From Azonexus sp. (lineage in GTDB: Bacteria > Pseudomonadota > Gammaproteobacteria > Burkholderiales > Rhodocyclaceae): a stretch of 64,000 nucleotides of DNA. Shown piece after piece: positions 53,619 to 61,273 of this stretch (position 1 is the first letter of the stretch; every line of letters starts with the position of its first letter). The notes beneath the pieces are model-generated. The model searched no databases, was not told the DNA's origin, and was given only the letters and a program-made list of their open reading frames with translations. Both the position numbers and the translations under genes were made by a program. The stretch is from assembly GCF_047638095.1 (NCBI RefSeq), contig NZ_JBLJBW010000003.1:15899-79898 (forward strand), in the 5' to 3' direction.

Positions 53619-53928
53619 ATGCTCGAACAAGAACAAATCGACGAACTACAAGAACAAGCCGAAGAATTCGCCCGCGATTTCGCCAATGCCCACTACGAAA
53701 TGGGCCAAGCGCAAAACTTCATGCGCGGCTTTTGCGACATTTTTGGTGTGGACTGGAAAAGCGGCATCCAGTTTGAAGAGCGCATCCCAAAAGAAGGTGA
53801 GGCAGGCGGCAACCGCCGCATCGACGGCTTTTTGCCCGGCCTATTGCTCATCGAAATGAAATCCACCGACAAAGACATGGAAGAGGCCCGCAAGCAAGCC
53901 ATGGGCTATGTGCAAATCATCCAAAACA
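53619..53928 (+). pseudogene. N-terminal ~103 codons of an MmeI-family (type IIL/IIG) restriction-modification enzyme, truncated by an IS end
   Basis: The translation ..AQNFMRGFCDIFGV...RIDGFLPGLLLIEMKSTDKDMEEARKQAMGYV parallels the MmeI N-terminal nuclease region (..FFEVFGI...VDLFWPGILLIEMKSRGKDLDKAYDQALDY, recalled from memory). Homology stops exactly where the IS terminus TGAGCT.. begins. Confidence 0.7.
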
Positions 53929-54008
53929 TGAGCTTCCCCCGAAATTTAGTCTGCCAAGGGTGACCTAAAATTAGCGTTACTTTTGGAAGGCAAAAAATGA
54001 AAATACCG
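53929..54008 (+). repeat. IS left-end copy 1 (80 bp)
   Basis: tgagcttcccccgaaatttagtctgccaagggtgacctaaaattagcgttacttttggaaggcaaaaaatgaaaataccg; identical to copy 2 at 79 of 80 positions (position 7 is t versus c). Confidence 0.95.
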
Positions 54009-54089
54009 AAGCAGGCATACACGACCGAGTTCAAGGAACAGGCGGTCAAGCGCGTCAAGGATGGGCAGAGCGTCAGCCAGGTTTGCAAG

Positions 54090-54169
54090 TGAGCTCCCCC
54101 CGAAATTTAGTCTGCCAAGGGTGACCTAAAATTAGCGTTACTTTTGGAAGGCAAAAAATGAAAATACCG
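54090..54169 (+). repeat. IS left-end copy 2 (80 bp), same orientation, 161 bp downstream of copy 1
   Basis: Direct base-by-base comparison with 53929-54008. Its terminal TGA supplies the stop codon that ends the orfA fragment of copy 1. Confidence 0.95.
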
Positions 54170-54557
54170 TCTGACTGGCCGCACCTGGCAAAAGCTCAAA
54201 GGCGGCATGCCTCATAACGAGCTGAAGGCAAAGTGCATACCGGCGCTGACTGAGATTGTTCAGCGTGGCGCAGCTCAGGGACAGTGGATGCCATTGAGCA
54301 AGAAGCGTTCCGATGACCTGAAAGCGTTCCTGTATGTGCAAGCCAAGGTTCAGGTTGGTAACGAGGTGGCCGATGTTGTGGTCAGCATTGGGCGTGGCAA
54401 CTTTGGCGACCGCGCCCACAACCTGCTTCCGGAAACGAAAATGGACTCCGTTTTACCCCAGAAATTTGGCCGGGGGTCGGAGTCCATCTCGGCCGATCTT
54501 GCGACCGACGGCACCAGCTTGCCAGATCCTGGTGAAGAATTCAATCTCATCATCTAG
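54170..54557 (+). other. Orphan ORF or gene fragment of unknown family abutting the IS debris
   Basis: The frame is open from the IS junction (..LTGRTWQKLKGGMPHNELKAKCIPALTEIVQRG...VVVSIGRGNFGDRAHNL..). No RBS or recognisable family, and the 3' part runs through a palindrome. Confidence 0.3.
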
Positions 54558-54588
54558 CTCCCGCCCCCGTGGAAATTCATCGGGTAGA

Positions 54589-55731
54589 TCAGCGCAGCAG
54601 CTTGCCGCCTGGCCCGATCACCGTCATTTCAACAAAGCGCGAGCCGCTGCGGGCGCTGTTGGAATAGCTTACCCGGTAGCCGCCGAAATCGACGTTGTTG
54701 ATGCTTTCCAGGGCGCTGACCAGTTTTTCGCGCGATAGATCGCGCCCGGAGCGGCGCAAGCCTTCGACCATGACGCGGGCGGTAATGTAAGCCTCCAGGC
54801 CGTAGTAAGAGTATTGGCCTGCTTTGGCCGCCAGCTTCTGGTATTCGCGCACGACGGGAATGGTGTCGTTCCAGGGGTAGGGCACGACTTGTGAAATGCC
54901 GATGCCGCGTGCTTCTTTGCCCAACTCCTGCACCAGTTGCTCGGTGCCGACTGGGGAGACGGTCATGAACATGGGGTGTTGCCCGGCTTGTTTCATCGCG
55001 CGCACAAAGGCGCTCGTGGGTTTGTACAGGCTGACCATGACGACCGCTTGCGGGCTGGCTTTGCTGATAGCCTGTACGGCGGCGCTGACGTCGATGGCAT
55101 TGCGCTCGACCGTGCCGACGGCTGCGGGTTTCAGCTCATGTTTTTGCAGGGCGGCGGTGACGCCATCCAGACCGGCCTGCCCGAAACCGTCGTTTTGGTA
55201 GAGCACGGCGATGTTGCGTATGCCCAGGGCCACCAGTTGATTAACAATGGCGCTCGTTTCGTCGAGGTAGCTTGCCCGCACGTGGAACATGAAGCGGCTG
55301 TTGGGGTTTTGCGCAATCGGCTGGCGCAGCGTGGGGGCCCCGGAAATGGTGCCAACCAGCGGCACACCAGCCGGACCGAAGACCTTGTTCATGGTCGCTT
55401 CGGTGGGGCTGGAGCCGAAGAAAGAAAGCAGCGCGAAAGCCTGTTTGTCCTTGATCAGGCTTTGCGTGTTGGCAACCGCCCGTTCGGTTTCGTAGCCATC
55501 GTCGAGGGCGACGAGTTCGAGCTTGCGCCCGTTGATGCCGCCAGCGGCATTGACCTGGGCAAAATAGGCCTGGATCGTCTGCTGCATTTCGCTGCCGTAG
55601 GCCCCGTTGGTGCCGCTCAAGGGGGCCGACATGCCCAAAGTTATGGCGTTATCGCTGACGCCGGGCTCGGCGGTGCAGAGTGCAGATAGCGCCAGCAGGC
55701 TGGCGGCAACGAGATGCTTGAAACGCTCCAT
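54589..55731 (-). CDS. ABC-transporter periplasmic substrate-binding protein (LivK/branched-chain amino-acid type); no cognate permease or ATPase adjacent
   Basis: Signal peptide MERFKHLVAASLLALSALCTA; GMSAPLSGTNGAYG and the overall pattern are typical of Leu/Ile/Val-binding-protein-family SBPs. Confidence 0.85.
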   Translation of the reverse strand: MERFKHLVAASLLALSALCTAEPGVSDNAITLGMSAPLSGTNGAYGSEMQQTIQAYFAQVNAAGGINGRKLELVALDDGYETERAVANTQSLIKDKQAFALLSFFGSSPTEATMNKVFGPAGVPLVGTISGAPTLRQPIAQNPNSRFMFHVRASYLDETSAIVNQLVALGIRNIAVLYQNDGFGQAGLDGVTAALQKHELKPAAVGTVERNAIDVSAAVQAISKASPQAVVMVSLYKPTSAFVRAMKQAGQHPMFMTVSPVGTEQLVQELGKEARGIGISQVVPYPWNDTIPVVREYQKLAAKAGQYSYYGLEAYITARVMVEGLRRSGRDLSREKLVSALESINNVDFGGYRVSYSNSARSGSRFVEMTVIGPGGKLLR

Positions 55732-55832
55732 GCGAATCCCCTTGGAAAAATATGCCGGGATTTTAGCAGTGAGAAGGCCCGCGCCGGTCCACCTGGTGGT
55801 GTTTTCCCGTGGCGGGGCTGATTGGCTGAAGA

Positions 55833-56978
55833 TTATTCGCCGAAAAACTCCCGTACCTTGTCCATCCACGATTTGGCGCGGGGATTGTGTTTGTGGTTGG
55901 CGTCTTTGCTCGATTCTTCCAGTTCGCGCAAAAGCTCTTTCTGGCGTTCGGTCAAATTGACTGGCGTTTCGACGATGACATGACACATCAAATCACCGTG
56001 GCTGTTGCTGCGCACCCCTTTGATGCCCTTGCCGCGCAGGCGGAAAACGCGCCCGGACTGGGTTTCCGGCGGAATCTTGATGGCCGCGGCACCGTCCAGT
56101 GTCGGAATCTCGATTTCGCCGCCGAGCGCAGCGGTGGCGAAGGAGATCGGCATTTCGCAGTGCAAATCATTGTGCTCGCGCTGGAAAACCGGGTGTTGCT
56201 TGAGGTGGATTTGTACATACAGGTCGCCCGGCGGCCCGCCATTGACGCCGTGTTCGCCTTCGCCGGCCAGGCGGATGCGGTCGCCGGTATCGACGCCGGC
56301 GGGAATTTTCACCGACAGGGTCTTGTGTTGCTTGATGCGCCCCGCGCCGCCGCAGCTTTTGCAGGGGTCGGCGATGTAACGGCCGGTGCCGTGGCACTTG
56401 TGGCAGGTTTGCTGGATAGAGAAGAAGCCTTGCTGCAGGCGCACCTGGCCCGAGCCGTTACAGGTGGGGCAGGTTTTTGGCTGGGTGCCGGCCTTGGCCC
56501 CGCTGCCCTTGCAGGGCTCGCAGACTTCCATGGTCGGGATGCGGATCTTGGTTTCCGTGCCCTTGGCGGCCTGTTCCAGGGTGATTTCCAGGTTGTAGCG
56601 CAAATCGGCACCACGGTAGATGTTGGAGCGCGCACCGCCGCCACCGCCGCCGCCACGGCCACCAAAAATTTCGTCAAAAATGCCGCCGAAGGCATCGGCA
56701 AAACCGCCCATACCGGCACCGCCGCCAAAACCGCCGCCCATGCCGGCTTGTGGATCGACACCGGCGTGGCCGTATTGGTCGTAGGCCGCGCGCTTTTGGT
56801 TGTCCGAGAGAATTTCGTAGGCTTCCTTGGCTTCCTTGAATTTATCCTCGGCCGCCGGATTGTCCGGGTTGCGGTCGGGGTGATATTTCATGGCCAGTTT
56901 GCGGTAGGCCTTCTTGATTTCGTCGTCGGCAGCATCGCGGTTGACGCCGAGGATTTCGTAAAAATCGCGTTTTGACAT
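55833..56978 (-). CDS. dnaJ: Molecular chaperone DnaJ
   Basis: J-domain [19 protein letters not shown] region, four CxxCxGxG zinc motifs. Confidence 0.97.
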   Translation of the reverse strand: MSKRDFYEILGVNRDAADDEIKKAYRKLAMKYHPDRNPDNPAAEDKFKEAKEAYEILSDNQKRAAYDQYGHAGVDPQAGMGGGFGGGAGMGGFADAFGGIFDEIFGGRGGGGGGGARSNIYRGADLRYNLEITLEQAAKGTETKIRIPTMEVCEPCKGSGAKAGTQPKTCPTCNGSGQVRLQQGFFSIQQTCHKCHGTGRYIADPCKSCGGAGRIKQHKTLSVKIPAGVDTGDRIRLAGEGEHGVNGGPPGDLYVQIHLKQHPVFQREHNDLHCEMPISFATAALGGEIEIPTLDGAAAIKIPPETQSGRVFRLRGKGIKGVRSNSHGDLMCHVIVETPVNLTERQKELLRELEESSKDANHKHNPRAKSWMDKVREFFGE

Positions 56979-57005
56979 GTCTGTTATACCGTCTTATGTG
57001 ACAAA

Positions 57006-57046
57006 GGCACCGAGCGCTGCCGGGGGTTTCCGGGGAGCTCGGTGCC
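57006..57046 (-). other. 10-bp-stem hairpin (ggcaccgagc ... gctcggtgcc) in the dnaK-dnaJ intercistronic region
   Basis: Perfect inverted repeat with a 21-nt loop, followed on the minus strand by a short T-rich tract. Possible partial terminator or mRNA-stability element. Confidence 0.35.
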
Positions 57047-57064
57047 GTGTGGCTGAGTCAAGAA

Positions 57065-58993
57065 TTACTGTTTCTTGTCTTTGTCCACTTCGGTGAATTC
57101 GGCATCGACGACATCGCCTTCCACCGTTTTTTCGCCTTGCGGCTGCGCCTGCTCCGGGGCGTCCTGTGTCTGCTGGGCGGCGTAGAGTTTCTCGCCAACC
57201 TTCATTACCGCCTGGGTGAGGGCTTCGGTTTTGGCGTTGATGACCTCCTTGTCGCCGTCGCGCAGCACCTCTTCCACCGCCTTGATGGCGTTTTCGATGG
57301 TTTCTTTTTCAGCGGCGTCGAGCTTGTCGCCGTGTTCAGTCAGCGATTTTTTTGCCATGTGGGCGGCGCTGTCGGCCTGGTTGCGGGCGTCCGCCAGTTC
57401 GTGCGCCTTCTTGTCTTCTTCGGCGTGCAGTTCGGCGTCCTTCACCATGCGCTGGATTTCGTCCTCGCTCAAGCCGGAGTTGGCCTTGATGGTGATCTTG
57501 TTTTCCTTGCCGGTGGCCTTGTCCTTGGCGGTAACGTGCATGATGCCGTTGGCGTCGATGTCGAAAATCACCTCGATCTGCGGCATACCGCGCGGCGAGG
57601 GCGGGATGCCTTCGAGGTTGAACTGGCCGAGGCTCTTGTTGCCGGCAGCGACTTCGCGCTCGCCTTGCAGGACGTGGATGGTCACGGCGGACTGGTTGTC
57701 GTCGGCGGTCGAGAAGACCTGGCTGGCCTTGGTCGGGATGGTGGTGTTCTTCTGGATCAGCTTGGTCATGATGCCGCCCAGCGTCTCGATGCCGAGCGAC
57801 AGCGGGGTGACGTCCAAGAGCAGCACGTCCTTGACGTCGCCTTGCAGCACACCGCCCTGGATGGCCGCGCCGACGGCGACGGCTTCATCCGGGTTCACGT
57901 CGCGGCGGGCTTCCTTGCCGAAGAATTCCTTCACCTTCTCCTGCACCTTGGGCATGCGCGACTGGCCGCCGACCAGGATGATGTCGTCGATGTCAGCGGC
58001 TTTGACGCCGGCATCTTTCAAGGCGATTTTGCACGGTTCGATGGAGCGGTCGACCAGGTCTTCCACCAGGGCTTCGAGCTTGGCGCGGGTGATTTTCACG
58101 GCGAGGTGCTTGGGGCCGGAGGCATCGGCCGTGATGTAGGGCAGGTTGACTTCGGTCTGCTGGCTGGAAGAAAGCTCGATCTTGGCCTTTTCGGCGGCTT
58201 CTTTCAGGCGCTGCAGGGCGAGCACGTCCTTCTTCAGATCGACGCCCTGTTCTTTCTGGAATTCGCCGATGATGTAGTCGATCAGGCGCTGGTCGAAGTC
58301 TTCACCGCCGAGGAAGGTGTCACCGTTGGTGGCGAGCACCTCGAACTGCATTTCGCCATCGACGTCGGCGATTTCGATGATGGAGATGTCGAAAGTACCG
58401 CCGCCCAAGTCATAGACGGCGATCTTCTTGTCCTTGCCGGCAACCTTGTCCATGCCGAAAGCCAAGGCGGCTGCGGTCGGTTCGTTGATGATGCGCTTGA
58501 CTTCCAGACCGGCGATGCGGCCGGCGTCTTTGGTGGCCTGGCGCTGGCTGTCGTTGAAGTAGGCCGGCACGGTGATGACGGCTTCGGTGACTTCTTCGCC
58601 AAGATAATCTTCGGCAGTTTTCTTCATCTTGCGCAGCACTTCGGCGGACACCTGTGGCGGGGCGACTTTTTTGTCGCGTGCCTCAACCCAGGCATCGCCA
58701 TTGTCGGCCTTGACGATTTTGAAGGGCATCAGGGCGATGTCCTTTTGGACTTCTTTTTCCTCGAAACGGCGGCCAATCAGGCGCTTCACCGCATACAGCG
58801 TGTTTTTCGGATTGGTGACGGCCTGGCGCTTGGCCGGTGCGCCGACGAGAATTTCACCGTCGTCGGTATAGCCGATGACGGACGGCGTGGTGCGCGCGCC
58901 TTCTGCGTTTTCAATGACTTTCGGCGTGCCGCCTTCCATGATGGCGACACAGCTGTTGGTGGTGCCGAGGTCAATACCGATGATCTTGCCCAT
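57065..58993 (-). CDS. dnaK: Molecular chaperone DnaK (Hsp70)
   Basis: [17 protein letters not shown].., 642 aa, full Hsp70 signatures. Confidence 0.99.
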   Translation of the reverse strand: MGKIIGIDLGTTNSCVAIMEGGTPKVIENAEGARTTPSVIGYTDDGEILVGAPAKRQAVTNPKNTLYAVKRLIGRRFEEKEVQKDIALMPFKIVKADNGDAWVEARDKKVAPPQVSAEVLRKMKKTAEDYLGEEVTEAVITVPAYFNDSQRQATKDAGRIAGLEVKRIINEPTAAALAFGMDKVAGKDKKIAVYDLGGGTFDISIIEIADVDGEMQFEVLATNGDTFLGGEDFDQRLIDYIIGEFQKEQGVDLKKDVLALQRLKEAAEKAKIELSSSQQTEVNLPYITADASGPKHLAVKITRAKLEALVEDLVDRSIEPCKIALKDAGVKAADIDDIILVGGQSRMPKVQEKVKEFFGKEARRDVNPDEAVAVGAAIQGGVLQGDVKDVLLLDVTPLSLGIETLGGIMTKLIQKNTTIPTKASQVFSTADDNQSAVTIHVLQGEREVAAGNKSLGQFNLEGIPPSPRGMPQIEVIFDIDANGIMHVTAKDKATGKENKITIKANSGLSEDEIQRMVKDAELHAEEDKKAHELADARNQADSAAHMAKKSLTEHGDKLDAAEKETIENAIKAVEEVLRDGDKEVINAKTEALTQAVMKVGEKLYAAQQTQDAPEQAQPQGEKTVEGDVVDAEFTEVDKDKKQ

Positions 58994-59030
58994 GTTGGTT
59001 TTCCTTCAAAATAAATGATCGATGTTCGTG

Positions 59031-59058
59031 AATTGGGGGCGTCTTGGCCGATTTCAAG
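59031..59058 (-). promoter_or_regulatory. Sigma-32 (RpoH) type promoter for dnaK
   Basis: The minus strand reads CTTGAA-14 nt-CCCCAATT, about 35 nt upstream of the dnaK ATG and 5 nt downstream of the grpE stop codon (59063-59065). Confidence 0.65.
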
Positions 59059-59062
59059 CGTT

Positions 59063-59587
59063 TTATTTGCTCTTTGCCACCATGACCATGGCCGGACGCA
59101 GCACGCGTTCGGCGATCAGATAGCCTTTTTGCAGCACGCTGACGACGGTGTTGGCTTCCTGCTCTGCCTCGACCATGGCAATGGCTTGATGCTGGTGCGG
59201 ATCAAATTTTTCGCCGACTGGATTGACAATTTGCAGCGCATTTTTCTCAAAAGCCGCCATGAGTTGCTTGTCGATCAGCTCAACGCCGGTGCGGAAGGTG
59301 TCGACGGTTTGTTCTTCCACCGCCAGCGCTGCATCCAGGCTGTCTTTGACGGCGAGCAGGTCAGCGGCAAATTTTTCGACGGCAAATTTATGTGCTTTGC
59401 TCACGTCTTCTTGCGCCCGGCGACGCACGTTTTCCGCTTCCGCTTTGGCGCGCAAAAAAACATCTTGCAGTTCGCTGACCTGTGCGGCCAGTTTTTCATT
59501 GCTCGCTTGCAGTTCGCTCAAGTCTGCAGTGGGCGCTTCCGGGGCGGAGGGCTCGGGGGTTTGCGAGAGGATTTCTTCGTTGGCCAT
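59063..59587 (-). CDS. grpE: Nucleotide exchange factor GrpE
   Basis: GrpE-family coiled-coil plus C-terminal beta domain. ATG at 59587 preferred (GGAG RBS 9 nt upstream) over the TTG at 59602. Confidence 0.92.
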   Translation of the reverse strand: MANEEILSQTPEPSAPEAPTADLSELQASNEKLAAQVSELQDVFLRAKAEAENVRRRAQEDVSKAHKFAVEKFAADLLAVKDSLDAALAVEEQTVDTFRTGVELIDKQLMAAFEKNALQIVNPVGEKFDPHQHQAIAMVEAEQEANTVVSVLQKGYLIAERVLRPAMVMVAKSK

Positions 59588-59616
59588 GCGTCTGTTCTCC
59601 AAAAAAACTTAGAGGC

Positions 59617-59644
59617 AGATGGGGCCGCTGCCGGTAATTTCAAG
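59617..59644 (-). promoter_or_regulatory. Sigma-32 (RpoH) type promoter for grpE
   Basis: The minus strand reads CTTGAA-14 nt-CCCCATCT, a near-perfect match to the E. coli sigma-32 consensus CTTGAA / CCCCATnT, about 30 nt upstream of the grpE ATG. Confidence 0.75.
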
Positions 59645-59799
59645 GCCTGGTGCAAGAAATCTTTATGCGAGAATTTAACATTCCTTGACCATGCGCTTTT
59701 GTCGGGCGTGCTAGCATCGGCCGAATCAAGCGCTGGTGGCAGCCAAAACGCTGCGCCGGAGCAAACTCTAGGCATGACTTCAATGCGAATTTCAAGCTG

Positions 59800-61152
59800 A
59801 TGGAAATGGAAGCGATCGGTAAATACCGCGTCATTCGCGAACTGGGTAAGGGCGCGACAGCGACGGTGTATCTGTGCGACGACCCGGATGCTGGGCGTCA
59901 GGTGGCGGTCAAGTTGATTCGTTTTGGCAAGGATTGCGCCGCGATGTCGCGCCGTCTGCGTAAATTGTTTCAGAACGAAGGCATGGTGTCGCGCCGCCTC
60001 AATCACCCGAATATCGTGCAGGTGTACGACGCGGTGGTGGAAGACGATTACGCCTATCTGGCGATGGAGTTCGTCGATGGTTTCAGCCTGGAAGACCATT
60101 GCCGCATCGACAAACTGCTGCCCATGCACCGCGTGGTCGGCATCATTTTCAAGTGCGCCATGGCGCTCGACACGGCATTTCGTCAGGGCATCATCCACCG
60201 CGACATCAAGCCGGCCAATATCCTGATTGCGGCGAATGATGAGCCGAAAATTGCCGATTTTGGGCTGGCGCTCAATCTCAACAAAGACCTCGATCGCGAT
60301 TCCACCTTCATCATGGGCGTGGGTTCGCCCGCCTACATGTCGCCGGAGCAGATCAAGGCCTATCCGCTCAACCAGAAAACCGACCTGTATTCGCTGGGCG
60401 TGCTGATGTTTCAGCTACTCACCGGCCGCCTGCCGTTTCGGGCGAACAATCAGGCGACCCTGGTGTACAAGATCATCAACACCGATGCGCCGCCGGTGAC
60501 GGCGCTCAATCCGAATCTGCCGGAAGCGCTTAATGCGGTGGTGAAAAAGGCGCTGGAAAAAGATTTGTACAGCCGTTACCGCAATGGCGCGGAAATGGCG
60601 AAAGATTTGTCTACGGTGCGCTTCCAGATTCTCGAAGACGATGAAACGGTGAACGATAACCGTCATTTCGAGCGTCTGCGCCGTCTGCCGTTTTTTACCG
60701 AATTCGAGAACGTCGAGCTCTGGGAAGTGCTGCGCGTCTCCGTGTGGCGCGAGGTGGCGGCGAACGTCGCCCTGATCCGCGAGGGCGAGCACAATAAACT
60801 CTTTGGCATCATCATCGAAGGCAACGTCGAAATTTCGCTTGCAGGCAAGGCGATTTGTCGCCTGGGTGCGGGGGAGCCGGTGGGTGAAGTGACTTTCCTG
60901 CACCCGGCGAGCGACCTGCGCCATACCAGCGCAGTCACTCTGGAGCCGACCCGCTTTCTCGAAATCAACGCCTCGGCGCTGTTGCTGGCTTCGGAAGAAT
61001 TGCTGGAGCGCATGAAGAACAGCCTGCTGGTGCGCTTCATCGAGCGTTTTCGCAGCATCAACAAACTGGCGGCGGCGCAAGGCGCGCGCGCCGTCGACCC
61101 GCTGCAAAGCTCGCAATACGGCAGCGGGTTTGGCTTGAAGCTGGTGGATTGA
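59800..61152 (+). CDS. Hanks-type Ser/Thr protein kinase fused to a C-terminal cyclic-nucleotide-binding (CAP_ED-like) domain
   Basis: Kinase motifs GKGATATVY, VAVK, HRDIKPANIL, DFG and SPE. The C-terminal ~110 aa (approx. nt 60740-61060) has a cNMP-binding fold pattern ..GEPVGEVTFL....RHTSAV. Confidence 0.85.
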   Translation: MEMEAIGKYRVIRELGKGATATVYLCDDPDAGRQVAVKLIRFGKDCAAMSRRLRKLFQNEGMVSRRLNHPNIVQVYDAVVEDDYAYLAMEFVDGFSLEDHCRIDKLLPMHRVVGIIFKCAMALDTAFRQGIIHRDIKPANILIAANDEPKIADFGLALNLNKDLDRDSTFIMGVGSPAYMSPEQIKAYPLNQKTDLYSLGVLMFQLLTGRLPFRANNQATLVYKIINTDAPPVTALNPNLPEALNAVVKKALEKDLYSRYRNGAEMAKDLSTVRFQILEDDETVNDNRHFERLRRLPFFTEFENVELWEVLRVSVWREVAANVALIREGEHNKLFGIIIEGNVEISLAGKAICRLGAGEPVGEVTFLHPASDLRHTSAVTLEPTRFLEINASALLLASEELLERMKNSLLVRFIERFRSINKLAAAQGARAVDPLQSSQYGSGFGLKLVD

Positions 61153-61201
61153 GCGAAACTTGCAGGGGCTGAAAAGCCTGCTGCGTGCACCACGAACGGA
61201 T

Positions 61202-61240
61202 AAAAACAGGCCCGGCAGATGCGCTGCCGGGCCTGTTTTT
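61202..61240. terminator. Bidirectional rho-independent terminator between the kinase gene and the convergent MCP gene
   Basis: aaaaacaggcccggcag-atgcg-ctgccgggcctgttttt; a 17-bp perfect stem that incorporates the flanking A- and T-runs. Confidence 0.85.
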
Positions 61241-61273
61241 ATCCGCTTCTGATTCCGGTTATGCCGGCCTGTT

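Larger units (their letters stand above)
53929..54169 (+). mobile_element. IS3-family insertion-sequence debris: a 161-bp left-end fragment (IRL plus 31 orfA codons) followed by a second 80-bp left-end fragment
   Basis: Sharp 5'-TG terminus. The orfA-like start MKIPKQAYTTEFKEQAVKRVKDGQSVSQVCK (53997-54089) is a typical IS3 OrfA HTH N-terminus. No orfB or right end is present. Confidence 0.75.

Noticed and set aside
57006-57046. Inverted repeat between dnaK and dnaJ considered as a CIRCE/HrcA operator
   Set aside because: The sequence (ggcaccgagc..gctcggtgcc) does not resemble TTAGCACTC-N9-GAGTGCTAA. It also lies between cistrons rather than at a promoter. It is kept only as a possible mRNA hairpin.
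57047-59014. 655-aa plus-strand ORF antisense to dnaK
   Set aside because: Long antisense frames opposite hsp70 genes are a known compositional phenomenon. The translation is low-complexity (G/V/A/D/F/L runs), lacks an RBS, and overlaps dnaK completely. There is no evidence for expression from sequence alone.
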